Source of the DNA: Myxococcales bacterium
Lineage (GTDB): Bacteria; Myxococcota_A; UBA9042; JABWCM01; BTVJ01
Direction of reading: 5' to 3'
Length of the DNA stretch: 64,000 nt
Assembly (NCBI GenBank): GCA_045863395.1
Contig: BTVJ01000008.1
Span: 32,001-96,000 of the forward strand
The position numbers and the translations under genes were made by a program. Positions 38,783 through 47,418 of this stretch are shown here, one piece after another. Positions within the stretch are counted from its first letter, which is position 1. Every line of letters starts with the position of its first letter. The notes below the pieces were generated by a model that saw only the letters and a program-made list of their open reading frames with translations, ran no database searches and had not been told where the DNA came from.

Positions 38783-40162
38783 ATGATGATCCGAAACACG
38801 TCCCCCTCCGTGCGAGTCATGGCGACGTTCCTCGCCGGCGCGGTCCTCCACATGGCGACGCACACGCTCTCCATCGGCGTTGGCACGGCGTGGGCACAGG
38901 GCGCCGACAAGGCAGACCGCAGCGTGGGCCTGTTCGTCGTGCCGAAGGCCCAGGGCAACGAGCAGGATGCGCTGGTGCTCCAGTCCATCCTCCGCGGGAA
39001 CATGGACAAGCTGCGGGGGGTCACCCTCGCAAGGACCGCACCCATCCGCAACGCGGACAGCGTGCAGCGCGCAGGTACCCTCCTGGATCAGGCGCAGAAG
39101 GCGCTGGCCACAGGGTCGTCCGCGGACGCCCTCAAGCAGGCGCAGAGCGCGTGGGAGCTGCTGTCCCTGGCGCAGGGCGCCGCCGACGACCGCCTGCTGG
39201 CGCTCCTCATGAAGGTGCTGGGCGTGGCCAGCGCCATGAACGGCCAGCCGGACGATGCGTACCGCTACATCCGTCGGTCGGTGCTCTTGTGGGACAACCA
39301 GTCGGCAGCCGAGTACGGCTACTCGCTGGAGGCGCGCAACATCTACGATCAGGTCATGGCGGACATCTCGACCGACCCCACGGGCACGCTGGAGCTGTCC
39401 AGCATCCCCGCGGGCGCCGAGGTGTACGTAGGTGGCCAGCTCCGTGGCTACACCCCGATCACCCTGACGAGCCTGACCGCGGGCGGAACCTATGTGCAGG
39501 TCGCGAAGGACGGCTACTTCCACTGGGCGGACTTCGTGGACGTCCCGGTGAGCGGGCAGGGCAAGGCGGACGCCATCCTGACCCCGTCACCAGGGAAGGG
39601 CGCCGTGGAGACCACCCTCTCCGAGGTGACCCGCAGCTTCCAGGCGAACAAGGTCAACGGCCCGCTGATGGACCTGCAGTCGGCCTTGGGATCGACCGAG
39701 CTGATCGTCCTTCGTGCCACCCTGGTCAACGGCGTCACCTTCGACATCGACGGCTGGTACATGGCGAAGGACGGCGCGGTCCAGCCGGTCACGCTCCAGG
39801 TGGCGAGGGACGCGAGTCTGCTCGAGAACCTCAAGCTGTTCCTGGCGACGCAGCTCGCCACGTCCTACGCCCCGGAGCCCGTCCGAGGGCCCCTCGCGGC
39901 GCCTGTGGGCGGCGCGGCCGTCTCCGGTCAGCCGACCGGAGACGAGGGGGAGCTGATCCTCGACCCCAACGCCCCGATCTTCAAGAAGACCGGCGACGGC
40001 GATGAGGACGCCATCACGAACCAGTGGTGGTTCTGGACCCTCATCGGCGTCGGCGTGGCCGGCGCCGCCACCGCCATCATCCTGCCGCTCACCCTGGGCG
40101 GCGACGACTCCTCTGGAGCCGGCCCGACGGGCAGCCTGAACCTCAAGTTCGGGAGCTACTGA
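38783..40162 (+). CDS. PEGA domain protein with helical N-terminal region and C-terminal hydrophobic segment
   Basis: GTLELSSIPAGAEVYVGG..GYTP..KDGY (PEGA); NQWWFWTLIGVGVAGAA tail. Confidence 0.82.
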   Translation: MMIRNTSPSVRVMATFLAGAVLHMATHTLSIGVGTAWAQGADKADRSVGLFVVPKAQGNEQDALVLQSILRGNMDKLRGVTLARTAPIRNADSVQRAGTLLDQAQKALATGSSADALKQAQSAWELLSLAQGAADDRLLALLMKVLGVASAMNGQPDDAYRYIRRSVLLWDNQSAAEYGYSLEARNIYDQVMADISTDPTGTLELSSIPAGAEVYVGGQLRGYTPITLTSLTAGGTYVQVAKDGYFHWADFVDVPVSGQGKADAILTPSPGKGAVETTLSEVTRSFQANKVNGPLMDLQSALGSTELIVLRATLVNGVTFDIDGWYMAKDGAVQPVTLQVARDASLLENLKLFLATQLATSYAPEPVRGPLAAPVGGAAVSGQPTGDEGELILDPNAPIFKKTGDGDEDAITNQWWFWTLIGVGVAGAATAIILPLTLGGDDSSGAGPTGSLNLKFGSY

Positions 40163-41240
40163 CGGTCCCCGCGACGATCTCGAGCCGCGACGCGATGTGG
40201 CGTGCCAGGCCGTCCATGTCCCCCCTCTCGAAGTCCGTCGCCACAGCGCCGCAGGCGTGTGCCCCGACGGTGGCCAGCATTCGGGGGGTAGCCTGGGAGA
40301 GCAGACGGGCCTCGGCGACTCGCTGGGCGGGGCTGTCGCCGTCCTCACACACCACGACGCAGGGGCGCCCTGCGTCCGGGTAGCCTTCGCACACCACGAC
40401 GTGGACATCCGGTGGCATGAAGGAGAGAGCCGCGGCCAGCGGGAGCTCCTCCGCCTCGGTCCGGTAGAGGGCCACCGCTGCCGAGCCGACGGTGACGACG
40501 CTCGTCGCGCCGACGCTCGAGTAGTTCGAGGACGATGACCCTTCGGGATCCGCTAGTTCGGGCGGGGAGGCGCGACGCACGACGCCGACGCGCAGCCCGA
40601 GGCGCTTCAGCTCCCTCACCAGAGACGCCGTGACCGCCACCGTGGCGGGCAGGGAGACGCCCAGGACCGAGATGACGGGGGGACCCAGGGTGCCGTGCCC
40701 GCCCCCGATGGCTCGCTGCAGCGCCTCGGTCTCGGCGCCGGCGGACCTGCCGCGCCTCGCCCTGTCCAGGAGCTGGGCCACGTCGGGTCCGCTGTTGGAG
40801 GGCTTCGGGATGGGGAAGCTCGCGGTGTCCTTGCGGTCTGTGCGGACCAGTCGCACCTTGCCACCGCCTTGCTCCCCTTGGAATCGGAGGCGACCCGAGC
40901 GGCCGGGCGCATCCTCGGGAGTCGCCGCGATGACTGCGGTCAGCACGCGGCCAACGAGGACAGCGACCGGATCGGCGGACGAAGCGCCCACGTCGGCGTG
41001 GATCTCGCCGCGGACAGGGACCCCCTCCCGATAGAGCGTGGACAGGGCCTCGCAGAGGGCCGTGAAGGTGCGAGTGACCAGTGGGTCCAGGCGACCGACG
41101 GCCCGGGCCACCTCCACGACGGAGATGGTGACCGTCCCGTCGTCGTGGGCGAGCCCGAGGGAGGCCGCGAGCGGGTCCTTGAGCCGGACGGTGGTCACGG
41201 GCGCGGAGCGAAGCCAGGGAACGGAAGGGAAGAGTGGCAT
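40143..41240 (-). CDS. FmdE-like N-terminal domain fused to a MobB-like domain (both degenerate)
   Basis: RLKDPLAASLG..GVPVRGEI (FmdE-like); LVRELKRLGLRVGVV..GATSVV..DVHVVVCEGY (MobB-like) without a GKT P-loop. Confidence 0.6.
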   Translation of the reverse strand: MPLFPSVPWLRSAPVTTVRLKDPLAASLGLAHDDGTVTISVVEVARAVGRLDPLVTRTFTALCEALSTLYREGVPVRGEIHADVGASSADPVAVLVGRVLTAVIAATPEDAPGRSGRLRFQGEQGGGKVRLVRTDRKDTASFPIPKPSNSGPDVAQLLDRARRGRSAGAETEALQRAIGGGHGTLGPPVISVLGVSLPATVAVTASLVRELKRLGLRVGVVRRASPPELADPEGSSSSNYSSVGATSVVTVGSAAVALYRTEAEELPLAAALSFMPPDVHVVVCEGYPDAGRPCVVVCEDGDSPAQRVAEARLLSQATPRMLATVGAHACGAVATDFERGDMDGLARHIASRLEIVAGTVSSSRT

Positions 41241-41382
41241 GGGGGACTCCTGGACGCAGGAGGATACGCCCCCCGCAGCGTCCGTTCAATCCACTCTTCC
41301 ACGAGGGTGAGGGAGCTTGTGTCAAGGGCGCGGCCCTGCTAGCTTGTGCGACCGATCCAGCCCCGTAGACGACGGTTGAGTG

Positions 41383-43293
41383 ATGAAGAAGCGTGAAGCG
41401 ATCAAGGCCCTGCTGGTGAGCCTCCTGCTGGCCTCCTGCGCCGCAGCCGATGATGGTCCCGAGTGCCGCGGTGACGACGACTGCCCTGGAACCGAGGCCT
41501 GCGGGGAGGGGCGCTGCACCGCCATCGTGGGGAGCCCCTGCAGCGCCACCGACGGGTGTCCCAAGAGCTTCATCTGTGTGGGCGCCTACTGCGCAGCGCC
41601 GGTGATCGAGGCCGACGCGTGCTCCTGCGCCGAGGACGCCGCCTGTACGGCCACCTCCGCTCAATGCGTCGACACGTCCGTGCCGGAGCCCGAGTGCATC
41701 TTCGACGTGGACTGCGAGGATGGCAACACCTGCACCGAGGACCGCTGCGTCGACCAGCAGTGCTTCTCGAAGGTCTCCACCGCGCTCGGGTGCTGCGACA
41801 CGGACACGGACTGCGACGACGGAGACGTGTGCACCGAGGATCGGTGCGGGATGGAGACGCCCCACCAGTGCACCCACGCAGTGACGGACATCAACTGCTG
41901 CAACGCGAGCTCCGAGTGCGACGACTTCAAGCAGTGCACGACGGACGCCTGCACCGACAACCAGTGCACCCACGTCAAGCCTGAGGGGAGCGCGTGCTGC
42001 GACGAGGACGTGGAGTGCGACGACGCGGACCCGTGCACCACGGACATCTGCCTCGGCAAGGGCTGCGTCCACCCGATCAACAGCCTCCTTCCCGGGTGCA
42101 AGTGCACCACTACCACGGCCTGCAATGACGGCAACCCGTGCACGACGGACACCTGCCTGAGCCTCAAGTGCAAGTATGCCTACAACTTCGACCATGATGA
42201 GAAGGATGGCGTCTGTTGCCAGTCGGACTTCTTCTGCAATGACAGTGATCCCGGGACCAAGGACCAGTGCGTCGCCAACAGGTGCGTCCACAAGCAGCTC
42301 AAGGCGTGCACCAAGGACAGCCAGTGCGACGACAAGAACGCCTGCACGACCGACCTCTGCTACAACGGGTTCTGTCGCATCGAGCAGGTGGACAACCCGT
42401 TCTGCTGCAACAACGACGCGGACTGCAATGACGGGAACGTGTGCACGGTCGACCGCTGCATCGACTTCCAGTGCGGGTTCGAGGTGTCGACGGAGCTAGG
42501 CTGCTGCATCAAGGACAAGGACTGCGACGACAAAGTGGCCTGCACCATCGACGCCTGTGTGGACTTCAACTGCACGTATCAGCCCGTGGCGGAGGGGTGC
42601 TGCACGTCGGACCTGGCGTGCGACGACAACAAGGTGTGCACCATCGACACGTGCGTGAGCGGCCTGTGCGAGCACGAGGAGTCGGTGGAGCCCTGCTGCT
42701 CCGCCGATGCGCAGTGCGATGACGGAAACGTCTGCACGCAGGACGCGTGCAACGGGGGCTACTGCTACTACTTCAAGCCCAACCCGCAGTGCTGCGCCCT
42801 GGACGACGAGTGCCTCGACGAGAACCCGTGCACGATCGACGCGTGCGTCAACAACAAGTGCGTCCACTCGCTGGACGTGACGTGCTGCGCCAGCGACGGC
42901 GCCTGCAACGACGGGAACGTCTGCACGCTCGACCAGTGCATCCAGGGCGATCCCCTCGCGCCCGGCGTGTGCAAGCAGACCCCCATTCCCTCGTGCTGCA
43001 AGGTCGACGGGGACTGCATCCCGACCCTCGCCTGCGAGGAGCCCCACTGCGTCAACGGCAACTGCATCTTCGTGAAGGGGCCCGAGTGCTGCTCCAAGGA
43101 CGCCGACTGCGACGACAAGAACCCCTGCACCGACGATGGCTGCGCTGCCGGCTCCTGCACCCACAAGTCGCTGGAGAACGTGCCTGGGTGCTGCTCCAAG
43201 ATCAGCGACTGCAAGTCACCGGACCCCTGCAGCGTGCCGCACTGTGTCGAGACCAAGTGCGTGTTCTCGCAGAAGCCGGGGTGCGGGGGCTGA
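41383..43293 (+). CDS. Lipoprotein with about 16 Cys-rich CC..CDDxNxCTxDxC repeats
   Basis: Lipobox LLASC; about 33-aa repeats containing a CC doublet plus the CxDxxxCTxDxC core. Confidence 0.85.
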   Translation: MKKREAIKALLVSLLLASCAAADDGPECRGDDDCPGTEACGEGRCTAIVGSPCSATDGCPKSFICVGAYCAAPVIEADACSCAEDAACTATSAQCVDTSVPEPECIFDVDCEDGNTCTEDRCVDQQCFSKVSTALGCCDTDTDCDDGDVCTEDRCGMETPHQCTHAVTDINCCNASSECDDFKQCTTDACTDNQCTHVKPEGSACCDEDVECDDADPCTTDICLGKGCVHPINSLLPGCKCTTTTACNDGNPCTTDTCLSLKCKYAYNFDHDEKDGVCCQSDFFCNDSDPGTKDQCVANRCVHKQLKACTKDSQCDDKNACTTDLCYNGFCRIEQVDNPFCCNNDADCNDGNVCTVDRCIDFQCGFEVSTELGCCIKDKDCDDKVACTIDACVDFNCTYQPVAEGCCTSDLACDDNKVCTIDTCVSGLCEHEESVEPCCSADAQCDDGNVCTQDACNGGYCYYFKPNPQCCALDDECLDENPCTIDACVNNKCVHSLDVTCCASDGACNDGNVCTLDQCIQGDPLAPGVCKQTPIPSCCKVDGDCIPTLACEEPHCVNGNCIFVKGPECCSKDADCDDKNPCTDDGCAAGSCTHKSLENVPGCCSKISDCKSPDPCSVPHCVETKCVFSQKPGCGG

Positions 43294-43303
43294 AGCGAGG
43301 GTC

Positions 43304-43324
43304 GTCGAGGTGAGTCGCCTCGAC
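43304..43324. terminator. Hairpin between convergent genes (possible bidirectional terminator)
   Basis: GTCGAGGTG-AGT-CGCCTCGAC, 9-bp stem with one G-T; no U-tract. Confidence 0.35.
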
Positions 43325-43367
43325 CCGCTGCCTCCGCTCGCCCGTGGTCAATGACGGCTCGGACTGC

Positions 43368-44234
43368 TCAGAACGCGATGCCCACGTCCGCCCGCAGCGC
43401 CGGGTAGAAGATGACGCCGTCCGCCGTCGCCAGGATGCCCGGTCCTGCCGCGATGCCCAGCGCCAGGGTCTGCCAGGCGAGGTACTGGTAGCCCGTCGAG
43501 GCGCCTACGAGGGCCCCGAACGTGTCGGAGGGCGCACCGCTCGTGGCGCCCCCAACCAGCGCCGCCAGCTCGACGAACCACCCGTCCGGGGCTCGCTGAA
43601 GAGGGTACCAGCGGGCGCCCAGCAGGCCCCCCAGGCCGAAGTCGCGGCCGGACACCGGCATCCCGAAGGCAAGGCCTGCCTCGATGGACCAGCGCTCTGC
43701 GACGGTCACCTCGAGCTCCACGATGGGAGAGACCACGATGAGCATCAGGCCATTGGTGCGCAGGAGCGCCCCTGGGCCGTCCTCGATGGGAGGGCCGGTG
43801 TGGACGACCAGGGCCGGCTCCAGGGGTGGTTCGACGTTCACGGGCTCCACGGGGGGATGCTCCGTGGCGGGAACCACCGCTGGCGGAGTCCGCTGCGCGA
43901 TCAGGTCGCGCAGCGCCTTCGCACGGCGCTCGGCCTCCGCCCGGCGAGCGGCCGGCGCGTCCGATGCGGCCAGCTCCTCGAACAGGGCGGCGGCTCGCTC
44001 CTGGTCCCCCAGCTCCTCGTGGCATCGCGCCCGGTTCCAGAGCAGGACCGGAGCTGGGGCGAGCCTCCACGCCTCGTCGTAGCGCTCCAGCGCCTCACGG
44101 TAGCGCCCGGCCTTGAAGTGGGCGTCGCCCTTGCGCCCGATGGACGTGGCCTTCGTCGTGGGCGGCGCGGCGAGGGAGGGCGCCGCGCTGCACAGAGCCA
44201 CCGCGATCAGGGCGTACACGAGCCTCACTGCCAT
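43368..44234 (-). CDS. Secreted TPR protein with C-terminal outer-membrane beta-barrel-like domain
   Basis: Signal peptide; TPR (GDAHFKAGRYREALERYDEAW..LLWNRARCHEELG); Pro linker; alternating beta strands (GARWYP..GWFV..GYQY) ending GIAF. Confidence 0.72.
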   Translation of the reverse strand: MAVRLVYALIAVALCSAAPSLAAPPTTKATSIGRKGDAHFKAGRYREALERYDEAWRLAPAPVLLWNRARCHEELGDQERAAALFEELAASDAPAARRAEAERRAKALRDLIAQRTPPAVVPATEHPPVEPVNVEPPLEPALVVHTGPPIEDGPGALLRTNGLMLIVVSPIVELEVTVAERWSIEAGLAFGMPVSGRDFGLGGLLGARWYPLQRAPDGWFVELAALVGGATSGAPSDTFGALVGASTGYQYLAWQTLALGIAAGPGILATADGVIFYPALRADVGIAF

Positions 44235-45766
44235 TCCACGCCTCCTGGGGGCTGAGGCTTCGTCGGGAGCTTGCGGGGCGCGGGCTGCGCGATCTCGGTC
44301 TCCAGGCCGCGCCGGGTGGGAGCCGCATCGGGGGGCTCCCCGTCCCGGAGGACCGCTGGGCCACGCATGACGTGGACGACCACGGGGGTGACGAGTGGCG
44401 CGGGCGCGGCAGGGAGCGGGGAGCCGGTCGGTGCGGGTTCGGGTGACGGGTCGCTCGTCGCTTCACGGGGACCCGGAGCCCTCCGAGGGGCGTCAGCGGC
44501 GACGTGTGCGGTCGAGGGAGCGCTGGCCTCGGGAGGTCGCCGTTCCCGGGGCCAGAGCGCGACGGTGACGGCCGCGACGACAACGGCGACGGCAGCGGCC
44601 GCCGCCACCAGCGCCCTGCGGGGCCGGACGCCCCGCGCCGCGCGGATCGCGTCCACCGTGTCCCCACCGCGCAGGATGGTCGAGGGGGGAGTCTCCACCG
44701 GAGTCGCCCCGAGGGTCGGGTCGCTTCCCATGGTGACCTGAGAGGACGGCGACGCTCCGGTGCGAGGGCCCTCAGGCGAGGGAGGCCCCAATGCGACCGG
44801 CGCGCCGGTCCGTGCCGACTCGAGGCGATGTCGCAGCGCGTCGGCGCTCGGGGGTCGCACGCTCGGGTCCTTCTCCAGGCAGGCGTGGACGACGGCGGCC
44901 AGCTCCGCCGAGACCGGGGCCAGCTCCACCAGTGGTGGCACGGGGGAGACGACGTGGGCGGCCAGCACCTGCATGATGTGCGTCCCGTCGAAGGGCAGCC
45001 GCCCCGCCAGCATCTCATAGAGGAGCACCCCCACGGCGTAGAGATCGGCCCGCGCGTCCACGCGGTGGCCGAGCGCCTGCTCGGGCGCCATGTAGGCGGG
45101 GCTGCCCAGCACGGCGCCCGTCTGTGTCAGGGTGCCCCCCTCGCTGGTGGTCGCCAGCTTGGCCACGCCGAAGTCCAGCACCTTGACCATGTCCCGCTCG
45201 CCGCGCACCTCCTGGATGAAGATGTTGTCCGGCTTGATGTCGCGGTGGACGATCCCCTGATCGTGGGCCTCCCCCAGGCTTCGGAGCACCTGACAGGCGA
45301 TGGAGATCGCCCGGTCGGGGTCGAGGCGGCCCTCCCGGGCGAGGAGCCTGTTCAGCGGCTCCCCCTGAAGCAGCTCGACCACCATGAACAGGTCGCCGTC
45401 CTCGGTCTGGCCGAAGTCGAACACCTTGATGGTGCTCGGGTGCTGAAGCAGGCTCGCCGCGTGGGCCTCGCGCTGGAAGCGCCCGATCTGCTCCAGGCTC
45501 GACGCGAGCTCCCGGCGAAGCAGCTTCAGCGCCACCGGCCGGTTGCCCATGTTGAGCTGGAACGCGCGGTAGACGGACCCGAAGCCGCCGCGCCCCAAGA
45601 GGGCGTCGACTTTGTAGCGGCCCTCGAACACGTGCCCCACCATGGGGTCGGGGCGCGGCACGGTGCCGACCAGCTCCTCCGACACGGTCTGATAGCCGTC
45701 GTGAGGACATCGCGCCTCCTCGGTGCGCGTGCGACACTGGGGGCAGATGCGCATGGGCGGGCTCAT
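44225..45766 (-). CDS. Membrane Ser/Thr protein kinase (Hanks type)
   Basis: N-terminal CPQC..CPHDG; LGRGGFGSVY, VALK, HRDIKPDN, DFG, GSPAYMAPE; TM helix; Pro-rich C-terminus. Confidence 0.95.
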   Translation of the reverse strand: MSPPMRICPQCRTRTEEARCPHDGYQTVSEELVGTVPRPDPMVGHVFEGRYKVDALLGRGGFGSVYRAFQLNMGNRPVALKLLRRELASSLEQIGRFQREAHAASLLQHPSTIKVFDFGQTEDGDLFMVVELLQGEPLNRLLAREGRLDPDRAISIACQVLRSLGEAHDQGIVHRDIKPDNIFIQEVRGERDMVKVLDFGVAKLATTSEGGTLTQTGAVLGSPAYMAPEQALGHRVDARADLYAVGVLLYEMLAGRLPFDGTHIMQVLAAHVVSPVPPLVELAPVSAELAAVVHACLEKDPSVRPPSADALRHRLESARTGAPVALGPPSPEGPRTGASPSSQVTMGSDPTLGATPVETPPSTILRGGDTVDAIRAARGVRPRRALVAAAAAVAVVVAAVTVALWPRERRPPEASAPSTAHVAADAPRRAPGPREATSDPSPEPAPTGSPLPAAPAPLVTPVVVHVMRGPAVLRDGEPPDAAPTRRGLETEIAQPAPRKLPTKPQPPGGVEWQ

Positions 45767-46365
45767 GGCCGCCTCCTGCGCGCGCCGAGGAGCGCGAGGG
45801 CGAGGCCCGCCAGAGGGACGACGCCCGCGGCTCCGGCGCCCGCCGCGCTGCAGGCCGCCAGCCCAGCGAGACCGAGGAGGTGCGGATCGGCGTCGTCCTC
45901 CCTGGCCACGGCGACGCAGTCGAAGGACTGGACCTCCTCCACGAACGCGCACACGCTCTGACGCTTGGTACAGTCGAGCTGGTGCCGCTCCTCCTGCTGG
46001 CACCACTCGAGGAGGTCCCCGTTGCAGCGCCCCGAGAACGACAGGCCGTCGTCACACGGCTGACCGGTGCCCGTCGCGTCTGCAAAGCACACGTCGAGCT
46101 CATTGCGGCAGTGCTTGTCGAGGCAGGCGGTGAGCGCGTCCCCGGTCTCGGTGGGACAGTTGGCCTCCAGGCACGCCAGCACGGCCTGGACCTCGCCGAC
46201 CTCTCCGGTGGTCGTCGGGGTGCAGCTCTCGAAGCACGCCTCGTCGTCGTCGGGGCAGGTCTGGGTGCACGCGAAGAAGCCGGCGCACGTGTCGCCCACG
46301 TTGATGGCCGCCAGCCCCGATGCAGGGGCGAGCGTCGCGAGCAGGGCGAAGATCGGAGTGCGCAT
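45763..46365 (-). CDS. Secreted Cys-rich protein with MYXO-CTERM-like tail
   Basis: Signal peptide; many Cys; C-terminal ACSAAGAGAAGVVPLAGLALALLGARRRRP. Confidence 0.78.
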   Translation of the reverse strand: MRTPIFALLATLAPASGLAAINVGDTCAGFFACTQTCPDDDEACFESCTPTTTGEVGEVQAVLACLEANCPTETGDALTACLDKHCRNELDVCFADATGTGQPCDDGLSFSGRCNGDLLEWCQQEERHQLDCTKRQSVCAFVEEVQSFDCVAVAREDDADPHLLGLAGLAACSAAGAGAAGVVPLAGLALALLGARRRRP

Positions 46366-46401
46366 GGACCGTGTCTCCCGGCGGGCTGGCGCCTTGCGTG
46401 G

Positions 46402-46432
46402 AGTATAGGGCAGGCGAAGCGCCGCGCGTCAA
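46402..46432 (-). promoter_or_regulatory. Possible sigma70-type promoter
   Basis: Minus strand TTGACG-N19-TATACT upstream of the three-gene module; spacer is long. Confidence 0.4.
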
Positions 46433-46489
46433 CATTGGCAACTACGGACCTGGGGGGCGCCGACCGTTGTCCCCCAAAGGAGGTGCACC

Positions 46490-47152
46490 ATGTCCCTCAC
46501 TTGGATGGTGGAGGGTGTCCCACGCCCCTACGAGGTGCGGCCGTCGCGGTCCGCGCGGGAGCTGGACGCAGCGCACCGTGCGGCGCAGCCTGAGCGAGCC
46601 CGGAAGGACGACGACCACCCGGCGGCCCAGGCGGTGCGCAGGGCCCGTCGTGCCTATGCCGACGTCGAGGACCAGGCCGCGGCGCGCCAGCCAGCGGTGA
46701 CCGCGGCCCACATCATGACGTCGCCGGTCCTCACGCTCCCCGAGGACGCCTCGGTCCGAGAGGCGCTCGCGCTGATGCAGGCGCGCGCCATTCGGCACGT
46801 CCCGGTCACCAGCGCGGAGGGCGCGCTCGTGGGGCTCGTGTCGGACAGGGACCTGCCTCGGCTCGTCGTCGAGCCTCCTGAGATGCCTGCCCCAGACTCC
46901 CCCGCGGGCGCGGAGGGCTCTGCCCCAGGGCACCTGCCACCAGACCTGGACGCCCCGCTCCGGGCCGTCATGTCGACCCGCCTCCTCACTGCCCCGCTGG
47001 ACACGCCCATCCGCGAGATCGCGCAGGTCATGGTCGACGAGCGGGTCTCCTGTGTCCCCGTTCTGGACCGGGACCGCCTCGCCGGCATCGTCACCAGCAC
47101 CGACGTGCTCCGCGCCGTCGTCACGCGCTCGCCCCTGGAGCTGTGGGCTTGA
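46490..47152 (+). CDS. CBS-pair domain protein
   Basis: AAGGAGG RBS; IMTSPV..RHVPV..GLVSDRDL; VMST..GIVTSTDVL. Confidence 0.88.
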   Translation: MSLTWMVEGVPRPYEVRPSRSARELDAAHRAAQPERARKDDDHPAAQAVRRARRAYADVEDQAAARQPAVTAAHIMTSPVLTLPEDASVREALALMQARAIRHVPVTSAEGALVGLVSDRDLPRLVVEPPEMPAPDSPAGAEGSAPGHLPPDLDAPLRAVMSTRLLTAPLDTPIREIAQVMVDERVSCVPVLDRDRLAGIVTSTDVLRAVVTRSPLELWA

Positions 47153-47243
47153 GGCGCTCGTCACGCGGATCGGGTCGCCGTGGGGGCAGGCCTCCGTCGT
47201 CCGGCGCTCGGCTCCTCGGGCGGCCTGTCGCGCAGCGGCAACG

Positions 47244-47272
47244 TTGACGCCACCTGGGGGGTCGCCTAGACT
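47244..47272 (+). promoter_or_regulatory. Sigma70-type promoter
   Basis: TTGACG-N17-TAGACT. Confidence 0.55.
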
Positions 47273-47418
47273 GGCCCGCGCGCGACCCGGGCCGGAAGTT
47301 CGCGGAGTTGCGAGGCATCCAGTCCTCGTGACCCGCGCTGCCGGTCGCAGCTTTCGCTCAAGGGCGGGCGTGCCTCTGTCGTAGAGGCTCACGGCGCGCA
47401 CCGGGAAGGAGAGCCTGC

